A stretch of 64,000 nucleotides of DNA from Carcharhinus longimanus (taxonomy: Eukaryota), in contig JASCQW010000002.1 in the NCBI GenBank assembly GCA_030264375.1, forward strand, positions 118,236 through 182,235, in the 5' to 3' direction. The position numbers and the translations under genes are program-made. Below are positions 13,240 through 24,887 of the stretch, piece after piece (within the stretch, counting starts at the first letter, position 1; every line of letters starts with the position of its first letter). Below the pieces are notes generated by a model. That model was not told the origin of the DNA and made no database searches. It was given only the letters and a program-made list of their open reading frames with translations.

Positions 13240-14365
13240 ACCTACAGCCGAAAATTTAGTGATGACAACTCAGCCTTCAATGCCATTATACCTCCAAAAC
13301 TCATCACCAAACTCAGTGACCAGGGCCTCGGCTTTTTCCTCAGTGACCAAATCCTGAACGCCCCATCCAACGGCCACAATCAGTAAGGAAAGGCAAAATC
13401 ACCTCCCCAGTACCACCCTCAAAACCAGTGCTCCACAGGACTGTGTTCTCAAACTCCTACTCTACTCCTGATACATCTATGACTGTATGGCCAAAGTCCC
13501 CTCCAGTTTCACTGTCTATTTTGCTGATGATACCATCGGGTCTCAAGCAAAAAGAAGACATAGAGCAGTATTGAGACAGAGCATCTCGTGAACTGAGGTA
13601 ATGACAGTAATCTCTCTTTTAATGTTATCAAAATGAAAGAGTTTATCATCCACTTCAGGAAGTGAGAGAAGAATATGCCCCTCCCCTCCTCATCAATGGG
13701 GATGAAGTATAAACAATCGTGATCTTCAAGTTTTAGGTGTCCAGATGACCAACAGCCTGTCATAATACCAACACCCCCCCCCACCCCCCACTAAAATAAA
13801 ATCCGACATTTGAGTAAAGAAAGCCCACCAACGCTTCTATTTTCTCTGACGAATAAGGAAAAGTGATATGTCAGCGACTACTCTCACCAGCTTTTAGAAT
13901 TGCACTATAGAAAATAATCTTTCTGGTTTCATCGAAGCTTGGTATGGTTTCTGCTCTGTCCAAGAAAACAAGAAAGTAGAGGAAATCTGGAATCTAGCCC
14001 AATCCATGACGCAAACCAGCCTCCCATTCATTGACTCTGTCCATCCTTCCCGCTGCCTTGGCAAAGGACCTAGATTTAAGGACTTCACACATCCTGGACA
14101 TTCTCTTCTCCATCTTCTTCAATCAAGAAAAATGGACAAAAGATTGTGGTTACGTACCAACCGACTCAAAAACTCTTCTGTGTTGCCGTCAGAGCATTGA
14201 ATGGACCTGCTTGCATTAAGTTCGTCTTTATTTACACCTTACATATGACTGTAGCACTACATTCTGCACTCTCTCGTTTTTTTCTCTTGAGTGGCATGCG
14301 TTATCTATAGAGCGCACAAAAATGTTTCACCTGATGATAAAACATGCGACAATAGTAAATAAAAT
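13240..14365 (+). mobile_element. Decayed Rex1/Babar-like non-LTR retrotransposon RT and 3' end (short related piece near 9940-10055)
   Basis: SAFNAIIPPKLITKL and APQDCVL..LLYS resemble the Rex1-type RT motifs SAFNTI.P and GAPQGCVLSPLLYS. Confidence 0.65.
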
Positions 14366-15853
14366 CAAAGTTGGAGAACCATGTGCCATTGTCTTTGCCA
14401 CACCGAAAATCGCATGTGATTGCATTCCAAAACGTGCACTGGAGATTTTCCAGGGGATTGTCTGTAGCAAGTATTTTTAGATGTGAAGACATAATGGTTA
14501 ATCAGGGGCTGTTACCCTTGAAGGAAAGAAGGTTGAGCAGATGCTTCAATAAAGTATGCTAAATCACGAGAGGTATAACAATTGTAGATCAGATGGAAAT
14601 GTCACCTCGAATAGACGGGATAATTACCAGGGGCATAGATGAAATAAATGCAGCATGAAAATTCGAAATTTGCTGAAAAGCGTTTTCAACAAGAGGACAG
14701 TGGGAATCTGGTGCCCGTTGCCCATATGGGTGATAGAGACGAACCCCATCAGGACATTTATGAACCCGTTAGATGGGCATTTCAAACAACAGAACAAACA
14801 AAACTGCGGGCCAAGTGAAGTGAAATAAAATCATCATATATGGTTGATTGATGACTGACATCGGCACAATGGGCCGAAGGGCCACCTTATTTTCCAATAT
14901 TCTACTACCTGACAAATTGATTCGGATCCAAAATATATCAATAAAGTCTGGGAAAAAAGTGGTATGGTTGAACTAGGACACGGGTAACAACTTGATTTAC
15001 AACTGATAAATTGTTGGCAGAAGTGATTATGGACATCCGAGCATGGATGTAACAAATCATGGGTTTGTTTCCAGAAAGAGATGAGATGAGACTGGCAATG
15101 TTCAGAATGGTTATAGAGCTGGACATGGGCGGCCATGATACCGACACACATATGAGGTTGTGATACTTTGGATGCCAAATTAGCACCGAGATTCTGACTG
15201 TGTGATCCATTCTGAGCGAAGAATGTTACGGCAGGCTTTCTGACCGTCATTGAATAAACAGCTTTGAGAATATACAAAACAAGACTGAAGGAGTATCTGA
15301 ACGTCTGCCATCACATACATCATAGTTAACTCAAATTCTGCCAGGGGTCAGGGGTTATACATTTACATGCACAGACTGGGGAAGGTGGGAATGATATCTA
15401 TCCGCAGGCAAGATAAGCAGATTTTTTTTGTGAAGGGTTTAACACTACGTTGTGTTTTTATATCTGTAATATAATGTTGATATTACCAAGATGCAATTAA
15501 GCAACATTGATAATTGAGAGGATGTGGAATTTAAACTCAGTTCAGTGTTAACAGGGAGACCTCAGTTGTTGCCTTGGGAGAGGGCTGGATTCAGTGTGTC
15601 TGTGAGCTCAGATCGTGAGGTTAACTGAGGACAGCGCATACAAAATATAGTCAACAATAAATCAATAGAATATTAAGGCAAAATGTGCGGATTCTGGAAT
15701 CTGGGCAAAAACAGAAAATCTCACCAAGTCGGACAGCGTCTGTGGAGAGAGAAGAGACAACATTCCGAGTCTGGATGTTCCGACGTCAGTAAAGACACAA
15801 TCAATTCAGTTCAACATTGTTCATAAATCAAAAAAACGGTTATAACTACTTAC

Positions 15854-16034
15854 GTGGCACGCCAATGATCGCGAGAAATGGATAGTAACCAGCTTGAATG
15901 ACTACAAGGATGCATGCGAGCCGCCATAACGGTGAAATATTTTCGTAAAACCTAAAAAGAACGTAAAGAGCCCCGGATAAAGATCTGTCCGATGCTGTAA
16001 CATTCCAGGCTGTTATATTCAGATTCTCATCCAT
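15854..16034 (-). CDS. GPR139/GPR142-like GPCR exon 1 (MDENLNITAWNVT...IQAGYYPFLAIIGVP)
   Basis: YYP.LA..GVP TM1 start, N-glycosylation sequons NIT and NVT, phase-1 GTAAGT donor at 15853-15848. Confidence 0.82.
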
Positions 16035-19000
16035 TTTGTTTCACTTCCCAATCAGTTGTTCTCAGATTCTGATGCGCTGTTGAACCATTCAATCGACTGT
16101 TCTCAGATCCTCACCCGATGTTGTAAAATGCGATTCTGTTGCTCTCAGATTCTGAAAAATCCTTCATTCTTTGAACTATTAATAGACGTGGCAATCTCTC
16201 CAGAGGCACAGCTGGGTTCTCGGGAGAATGACATTAATTACAGGTACTGAACAAACTGGTTCGGTTATCCCCTTACAATCTATTTTGTACCAACATAAAC
16301 AATGGCGGATAACATAGGATTGCTGAGGGAAAGGATATAGGAAATATTTTATTCTCCGGCAAAGTAGGCCAACGTGAATTTGGACAGATTTTGTTTAAGG
16401 GTGTGATTGTTTTTCATGGAGAGATTAAAGGTTATAAAACTTGTGAACTCAGCCTGTTGGTCAAATGTTGCTGATGAAGCTCGAGAGGCCACAAATAAAT
16501 GCAACAAGATTTTGTGTTTGTAAAGGAAATGTAATAAATGGAAATCATCACAAATATGTGAATGGAAATTTATTTGATGAACTTAGTCAAGTCATTGCTA
16601 TAATACCTGACATGGCTGACAGGGAAACAGATGTTCATGTTCTGTGTAAGAGCTTCGCCAAATTGTGCAATCAAGAACAACATAAAATAATTGTCATGGA
16701 AACGACAATGTATCGATTGCCGGGCACTGTCCGTGAAGATGTGATTTTGACAATAAAAAGGGAAGAACAGAGGAATGGGGAAGGTCAATTTTTCATATGA
16801 CATCAATATTGCTTGAATGATAAACAGTGAGCTGTGCATCAAGAAAAACTAAAGGAAAAATAAGTTACATTGGAGAAAAAGGGAGATACATGATAAAATA
16901 TATCAGATTAATATATTTGTGATGGCTTATTAGGTTTCTGATAAACAGGGGAATTAAGGGTTATGGGGAGAAAGCGGGAAAGTGGAACTGATCCACTTCA
17001 GATCAGCCATGATCTTATTGANNNNNNNNNNNNNNNNNNNNNNNNNNNNNNNNNNNNNNNNNNNNNNNNNNNNNNNNNNNNNNNNNNNNNNNNNNNNNNN
17101 NNNNNNNNNNNNNNNNNNNNNACTGACGCGCTGATATAGGAACATGGTTGTCACGTGTTTTGTGCTCCATTGTTGGTCTCGCGATATGATATTATCAATC
17201 ATATTCTCCCGTATCATCCAGTAACTACCCTATCAGGACAGGTCATGGGAATGGTCCGGTATTGGAGTGAACTCTCAGAAACGAATGAGTCATGGTCCTG
17301 TCGCCCTTTGTTTGCCTTTACACTAAGTTTGCTCATTTGTACATCACATTCTATCATGCCATGCAAAGATTGGAATCACTTCCTGGTGATAAATGAAGTA
17401 AGGTTATCTATTGGTGCCTTCATTGGAATATAATCTATCAACAGCTTCAACTGCCTTTGGAGAACTAGCGATGCTGTGGACTATGACAACATTACCTGAA
17501 ATTACAGGGTGGATATTGAGTGAAAGGGGAACCACTGAGAATATAAACTGGAGGAGGAAAGTGTCCTGTTTTCACTACAAAACTGCCTTCTGGAACTCGG
17601 ATATCATTGGGCGTTCACAGTCTCAGTGCCTCATGGTTAACAATCTCTTGCAGTGCACTGGGGGTTTCTCGGATAGCTGAGCTTAACTTCCAAGACTGCT
17701 TCACAGATCCAGAGTTTCGGTGGAGCTTCTCAAGAAACGAAAGCCTGCATTTATATCTTTGCCTTCGATCGGAATGTGTGGGCCAAAATGTTTACGGGAC
17801 ATTTTGTGGGACCTTCCTGGTACTGTGGAGGTGGGAAACGTCGTCCTGAAAAGACAGCTGAGGCGCTGATTTGGGCTGATGTGTTGAATTGCAACGTATT
17901 AACAACTAAAAATATCTTCACACTTCCCCTATATGTCAGTTCTTGTGGCCTGTCTAATCTTGACCTACTTGTGTCGAGAAAACCGTCATTTCAAAGACTA
18001 AACAGGCAAGACTGCGATCGTAGATTTGTGTGAAGTTGATGACCAATAAATTATACCCCTTGCTTCCAACTCTTACCTTCCTGGATCATTTTAGAATCCG
18101 TTTCTGCACATTCTCCAAGGTGCTGACCCTTGGTCCAATACACACCGCCGGAGTCTTCTCAGAAATAGACTAGTGTCCAGTGATTAACAATACTCACAGA
18201 TTTGTTTGTTTAATTATTCTACATTGTTCTTTTTTGTGCGTTTTTCAACAAAGGGTGAAGAAAACTTTACATCTTGGAAGACCAGCACATGTGCAAATCT
18301 TTTCCCAGGAGAACAATTATATCAAACCCATTTGTTTCATTCAAGCATAATTGCAATTTCAGCTCCATGTGTCTTTTGACTTCAGCAACTGTTGTATGTT
18401 CACCAAGAGCTTCAAGTGTCACCCTCTCTGTGTTTCTTTATCGTTTTGACAAGTGCCTCCTCCTCAAGTGTTGGGAATTATTTACTTTATGGATAAGAAT
18501 GGGCGGTTTGTTGAATGAAATGCAGAGTTTTAAGATTCCAGGGAAACCACTGTATATATTTGGCCGGTTTGATTCGTAACAAGACGCCACTTCTTTGATT
18601 TCTGCATCTTATCAGTATCACAACCACAGCACACATGGCCTGCAATCTGCCTGTTTCAGTTTCCAGACCACAACTACTGAATTACAGCTGATAACATTTT
18701 TTTTTCCTTCGTCTGCTTGCCTAAAACAACCACATGATGGCGATTAAAATTTCCATTAGTTCACCTGACTTCGTTTAGGTTCGTCAGAAATGTTTTTTTT
18801 TTCGTTAATGAAGCCATACTACTTGTCATTTATTTTTAATTTATGTATTCGAAGAAACACATATTTATTTCCGTAATTATGATGTCTGGAAACTCGGCAC
18901 GGTTATCACTGCAAATCCAGCTACTGTAATTATCATCGTGCCTTCATTTTAATCATTTTCTAACATGTTCATTCTTGCAATCCCCGGGTGTCACATAAAA

Positions 19001-19226
19001 GCCCAAGAATGGTTGACAGTTTGATGCCAGTGAGTGATGCAAAACTTGTCTTATCTCAAGGGGTTAACTGAATCTGTTTTTCAAGAGAATGAAAAAAAAA
19101 ATCCTAATTGTTTTCCTTCTGGGATTCCATCTTCTTTAAAATGAGACTCCTTTCAATGTTATCTCTCATAGTGTCTGTCCGTTATCACTGGGTATATCTG
19201 GAATCAGCGCTTGTAGACAGAAGGAG

Positions 19227-19536
19227 ATGAGAGATCACAATTTGAGATTGACAGAATGGAATGTTAAAACAGTTGTTCATAATTTGTGGACAATGGATTT
19301 GAATGTTTCACCAGTGACCCCCGACATGAGAATAAGAGATGGGAATTTTACACCAACGGATCACAATTGGAAAATCAGAGATACGAATGTTCCAACGATG
19401 AGCAGAAGTTTATCCGGAGCTCTTTACCAACTTTCTACATATTCTGCTTGGATGTCATTAGAAAACCGGATCTACTTCACATTGCAGATTATTCAGGCAG
19501 GTTACTATCCCATCCTCGCTGTTGTTGGTGTCCCGG
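19227..19536 (+). CDS. GPR139/GPR142-like GPCR exon 1 with extended heptad-repeat N-terminus (MRDHNLR...IQAGYYPILAVVGVP)
   Basis: Open frame from the ATG to YYPILAVVGVP, then a phase-1 GTAAGT donor at 19537-19542. Confidence 0.85.
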
Positions 19537-20071
19537 GTAAGTCGTTTCATGCCTCCACTAATTGTACCATATTTTGAAACCCAGTAATGTTCCTGTCATT
19601 GTACTTGGGAAGACCAGATTTTTTTTAATATCCGATAATGAAAACGGTGACCTATCCATGAATGTCCTTTTCCCTGGCGTCCCAATGTCTGAGCATCGAG
19701 ATAAAGAATGTCCACAACCTCCGAAATGGATTTGACATGGGGTTTTATCTCGAATCCACCTTTCTCTACATTATCAAACACTGATCTTGCCCCAACTCTG
19801 CCTTAAGGGAATGCTGCAGAAATTCTCATTTGTGTTTTTCTTACAAAAAAGACTCGATGATTCGACTGTCATCTGGTAATGTTAAGTTTCCATATCTCAC
19901 CACAGCCCATCTGGAAAGCTCGTCCCTGCAGTCGAAATCACAGCAAACCAGTTCAGTCACTGTGCTGATGCAGAATGATATTGACAAATTTCCATGCCAG
20001 TTGCTCATTAAGCTAAGTGTTTTCCTTACTTTGGCAAAACATGACAAATCTGTATCTATCCTTGGCTACAA

Positions 20072-20072
<1 letters not shown>

Positions 20073-20111
<39 letters not shown>
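20073..20111. repeat. (CT)n microsatellite
   Basis: Direct inspection. Confidence 0.95.
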
Positions 20112-20113
<2 letters not shown>

Positions 20114-21099
20114 TTGAATACGATAATCTATCAGATACAGAATGACATAGAAAAAAAAGGGAAAAAAATAAATAAAAACAAGACACTCAGGGGCATGCAC
20201 AAACATACACAGACATGTGCAAGTTCACCCTTTTCCACAGACAAATGCAAATATAATGAAACATTAAATTTATTTATTTATGTTTGCACAAAGGAGGGCA
20301 GAGTCAGAATGAAGACTGAATAATTGAACGTCCTTTTGTGTTATTTAGTCTAGAAATTTTGTCACTTAAATTAACAACTGTTGCTTTTGAAATGTGGGTA
20401 TTTTATTCTGCACCAAGAACGATGTGTTCCAAGAGAAAGTGGTAAAACATGAAAGTGAATTCAGATATAAGCAGGACAATGCATTACTCTAGGTGCATCA
20501 ATGCTCCACCAGCATGTACAGGGATCTGTATGCGACAGCAGACAGTGTTTTTTTTAAACACGAATTTCAACCAATTTCAAATCCATCTGTCAATGTTTCT
20601 CCAAATTTCGATGAGTGTGTCCATCACTGTGTGCGTGCTGTGTAGATTCAGGAACACATTGCATCATTATTTAAACATATTAACCGACAATTGAGGCAAT
20701 TTATGACCTACAAATCCTGCTGGACAGTTAGAAAATGTGTTGTGGATGTTTTTTTTTCCCTGTGGCTGGATTCTGCCTTACAGCAAGTAATGAGACTCTA
20801 TAGCCCTGGGTGGCGATCAAACATCTTTGGAAAGCTCTGATGAATTCCAGTCAACTTTTCATTCTCAAGAAGACTGTACCTTTCTCTCAGCATGGCACGG
20901 TGGTTAACACTGCTGACTCAGAGAGCCAGGGATTCGGGATCAATTCCCAATTTGGATCACAAACTGTGTGGACTCTGTACTTCCTCCACATGTCTGGGTG
21001 TGTTCCCTTGGAAGCTCCAGTTTCATCCCACAGTCCGAAAGACGAGCTGGTTCGATGCTTTGGCCTTGCTGAATTTCCCCTCATTTATCCAAACAGACA

Positions 21100-23453
21100 A
21101 ATTGGGTAATGAACCGGGCCAAGTGTTAGATTTGTTTGTGGGAGAGCAATTTGGAGATAGTGACCACAGTTCGGTCTCTTTCATTATTGCAATAAAGAGG
21201 GAAGGGCTATACAGCCAGGCAAGTTCTATAATTGGGAGAGGGTTAATTATGATGAGAATAGGCAATAATTGGATAGCAGATGAAGGGAACAGAAACTGTC
21301 AGGGAAAGACACAAATGAAAATGGAACTTGTTCAGGGAACAAATACTGTGTGTCCTTGACAGGTATGTCCCTGTCAGGCAGGGTGGAAATGGCCAAATGA
21401 GGGCAGCACGGTTCACAAAAGAGGTTGAATGCTTGTCAAGAGGAAACATGAAGCGTGTGTAACGATGTGAAAACAAGGTTCAGTGAAGTTGTTTGAGTGT
21501 TTCAAGGTAGCAAAGAATGAGCTAAAAAGGGCTTAGGAGAGCTAGCAGGGGGCATGAGAAGTGCTTGGCAGGTCGGATCAAGGAAAACCCCAAGGCTTTT
21601 TACTCATATGTCAGAAATAAAAGAATGTCAAGGGTGAGGTTAGGGCCATTCAAGGATAGATGTGGGAACTTGTGCATGGAGTCAGAAGAGATCGGAGAGG
21701 CGATGAATGAATACTGTTCTTCAGTGTTCACCAAGGAGGGGGGGCATGTTTGTGAGGATGAGAGTGCGAGACAAGCTGATAGGCTGGAGGAGGTAAATGT
21801 TCTGAGGGAAAATGTGTTAGTAATGTTGAAAAATCTGAGGATCGATAAGCCCCCCTGGGCCAGATGGGATACATCCTAGGTTTAATTGGAGGCAAGGGGT
21901 AAGATTGAAGAGTCTTTGATCGTTCATGTTCACGTCCACGGTGATAGTGCGAGAGAGTTGGAGAGTGTCTAACATTATTCCTCTTTTCAAGAAAGGTAAT
22001 AGGAATAACCCTGGTAATTGTAGACCCGTTAGTCTTACTCTGGCAGTCAGCAAGTTAATGGAAAATGTCCCAACGGTTAGGATTTATGATCATTTGGAAA
22101 GATGCTGCTTAATCCAGGATAGTCAGCACGGATTCGTGAGGGGTAAGTCTTGCCTCACAAGTGTGATTGCATTCTTTGAGGAGCTAACTAATTGTGTATA
22201 TGAAGATAGAGAAGTTGATGTTGTTTACATGAATTTTAGTAAGGCGTTTGAAAAGTGTCCCAATGGTCGGCTCACGAAGAAAGTAAGGAGTTGTGGAATA
22301 GAGGGAAATTTGTCCGATTGGATAAGTAACTGGTTATCTCAGAGAAGTCAAGATGTGGATATGCCGGTGTTGCACTGGGGTAAACACAGTAAAAAGCCTG
22401 ACAACACCAGGATTAAGTCCAACCGATTTAATGATAGTAAACCCACAAGTTTTCGGGGTTTGTCCCTTCGTCAGGTGAATGGAGAGTTCTGGCCTCAGAC
22501 AGAGCTTATAAAGCACAGACAGTTTACAGATTACTGATTAGAATGCAAATCTAATGATTTGAACAGCAGGTTAGGTGTAAAGATTTGCAAAAGTTGGACT
22601 TTTTACCATCTCAGAGAAGACAGAGGGTGGTGTTGGATGGATTTTTTTCAGACTGCAGACCAGTTAGCAGCGGTGTGTCACAGAGATCAGTGTGTGGTCC
22701 TCTCCTATTTATCTTGGAGGAGAGAGAGTTGAAGGGTTTGTCACTTAATTTGCTGAAGGCCCAAGATTGGCGGAGTAGTGGATGAGATGGAGGGTTGCAA
22801 AACAAAAACATTGATAGGAAACAGCTGGGACAAAAAATAACAGATTGAGTTTAACCCACATAAGTGTGAGGTGATGAATTTTGGTCGGACAAATTTGAAA
22901 GCGGATTACAGGATGAATGGCAGGGTTCTGAGGAATGTGGAGGAATAGAGAGAGATTGGGTTTCACGTCCACAGATCTCTGAAGGTTGCCACTGAAGTGG
23001 ATCGAGCTGTGAAGAAGGTGTATATTGTGTTAGCCTTTATTAACAGCGGGGTTGAGTTTAAGAACTGTGGGGTTATGTTGCAACTAATCAGAACCTTGTT
23101 GAAACCGCACTTGGAATATTGCATGCAGTTCCGGTCACCACACTATAATAGTAATGTGGAAGCATTGGAGAGAGTGCAGAGGAGATTTACCAGGATGCTG
23201 CCTGGTTTGGAGGGTAGGTCCTCTGAGGAAAGGTGGAGGGAGCTAGTTTTTTTTTCTCTCTTTGGAGCAGAGGAGAATGGGAGGCGAATTAATAGAAGTT
23301 TGTAAGGTGATGACAGGGATTTATAGATTGGACGTGCAGAGACTATTTCCTCGTATGGATGGAGCTGTTACTGGGGGCGGGGGGTGGGGGGGGGAGGCAG
23401 AACTATCAGTTTCATGGTGGGAGATATAGGAGGGATGCTCGAGATAGGTTCCT
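21100..23453 (+). mobile_element. Long decayed CR1 LINE ORF2 (endonuclease end through RT), interrupted by a Penelope-like insertion at about 22350-22600
   Basis: GDSDHS, IKENPKAFYSYV, WRVSNIIPLFKKG..NPGNCRPVSLT, QHGFVRGKSCLT, VDVVYMNFSKAF, PHLEYCMQFRSPHY; many stops and frameshifts. Confidence 0.93.
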
Positions 23454-24563
23454 NNNNNNNNNNNNNNNNNNNNNNNNNNNNNNNNNNNNNNNNNNNNNNN
23501 NNNNNNNNNNNNNNNNNNNNNNNNNNNNNNNNNNNNNNNNNNNNNNNNNNNNNGAGTGTCCCAGGCTCCTGGTTACTGAGTCTTGACAACATCTCCTTCT
23601 ATCAGTTTACACTGTGTGAAATCTGCCTGAAGCTGCAACAGCTTTAAATGTTAAAACAAATAATCTCCCTTCATTTTATTCTGAATAAAGTGTCGTCTGC
23701 CGCACATTTGAATGGGAATCTCCCCCAATAACATTTCTGATTTATCTTCCTGATAAACTCTAAAGGTAAGCTTATCCGGGGAAACAAAAAAAAATCAATA
23801 AATAACACAAGGGGAAATCATATAGGAGCAGATGGTATTCATTAGATTCGGGGTGTGAGAGGGAGATAAGTTTCCAAATAGTGTCAAACGTTTTAGGACG
23901 AGGATTTACATGACAGCTATTAAAACGATACGCCTGGAGAGACAGGGGAAATCCAGCCAATCCTCCCTCACACAAAATCAGAAAATGTTGGAACAAATCA
24001 GCAGCTCTGGCAGAATTAGTGGCGAGGGAAGAACAGAGGGAAGGTTCCAGTCCGCATGACTCTCCTCCAGACCCTTCTCATCCTCACTCCGCTCTTGGAA
24101 AACCTTCAATCTGGCCACTGATTGCTGCTCTGAAAGTAGCCGCAGTGACTGGATGAGCGCTCTATGGCCTCCGCAATCAATAGTCAGTAAATGTCAAACA
24201 CATGGACAGAGACACCCGGATTTAATTCAGCAACAAATTGCTCTGTGTGGCCCTGGAATGCTTCATTATTTGTTGAATGATGATCGGAACTGAACAGTGA
24301 GGAACCAGGAGTGAACAACTCCTCTCCTGACATTGCTAACAGCAAGCGCTCAGCTCAAGGACACAGCGGGCCTGTGCACGGTTGTGGTAATTGTTAATCA
24401 TTCCCATTGTTGTTGCTTTATCCTGGTGTTAATGCAACATCACTTCTATTTTCAGGACACTGAAGTTATTCAGAACTCACGTTACTATTGTATACATTCT
24501 CACAACACTTTATCTCCCTTTCACGGAGAGTAGGCCGTAGATGAGAGACAGATTTTTTTTTAC

Positions 24564-24887
24564 CTGAACAAATCACGCCGGCATCACTGGAGTGCGGAAA
24601 GCGAGAGTCAGAATAGTGGCTCCATGGATCTGAGCGACATTCCCGCAGGGCGGTCTCGTTCCCTTTGCATCGAACATCTGACGTCACAATGGATCCGGAT
24701 CCTTCCCCAAAGTGAGCCCCGCCTGGTGCAGAGAGCGCGGTCCCGCAGCCCAGCTCCCCACACACAACACCGGCGTCCCGCAGGCCCCAGTTATAATGAT
24801 GCACAGTCCCCCACAATCCCTTGTAGTAAATCTCCACTCTCCCAGCGCACCGACTCTGCCCATTCGCCAGTCTCAAGTTCACCACCT
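24564..24887 (-). CDS. Complete group B SRCR-domain exon (108 codons; CD163/WC1/DMBT1-like), six Cys
   Basis: LRLANGQSRCAGRVEIYY..WGTV..VVCGELGCG..HFGEGSG..VRCKGNETAL.EC..DAGVICS. CAG acceptor at 24890-24888, GT donor at 24563, 324 nt, phase 1-1. Confidence 0.93.

Noticed and set aside
9188-15854. Joining GPCR exon 1 (15854) to exon 2 (9188) as a single gene
   Set aside because: The phase fits, but a gap separates them and the intron segment near 9520-10050 is duplicated near 12820-13360, suggesting the two contigs come from different paralogues.
16465-16800. 111-aa ORF conserved upstream of both GPCR exon-1 copies
   Set aside because: The paralogous copy at 37888 has a premature stop and there is no recognisable domain. 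The similarity is explained by recent duplication.
17150-18320. Possible decayed L1/Tx1 ORF1 (zinc-knuckle) remnant
   Set aside because: Only faint motif resemblance (e.g. HMCKSFPRR); too degraded to call without a profile search.
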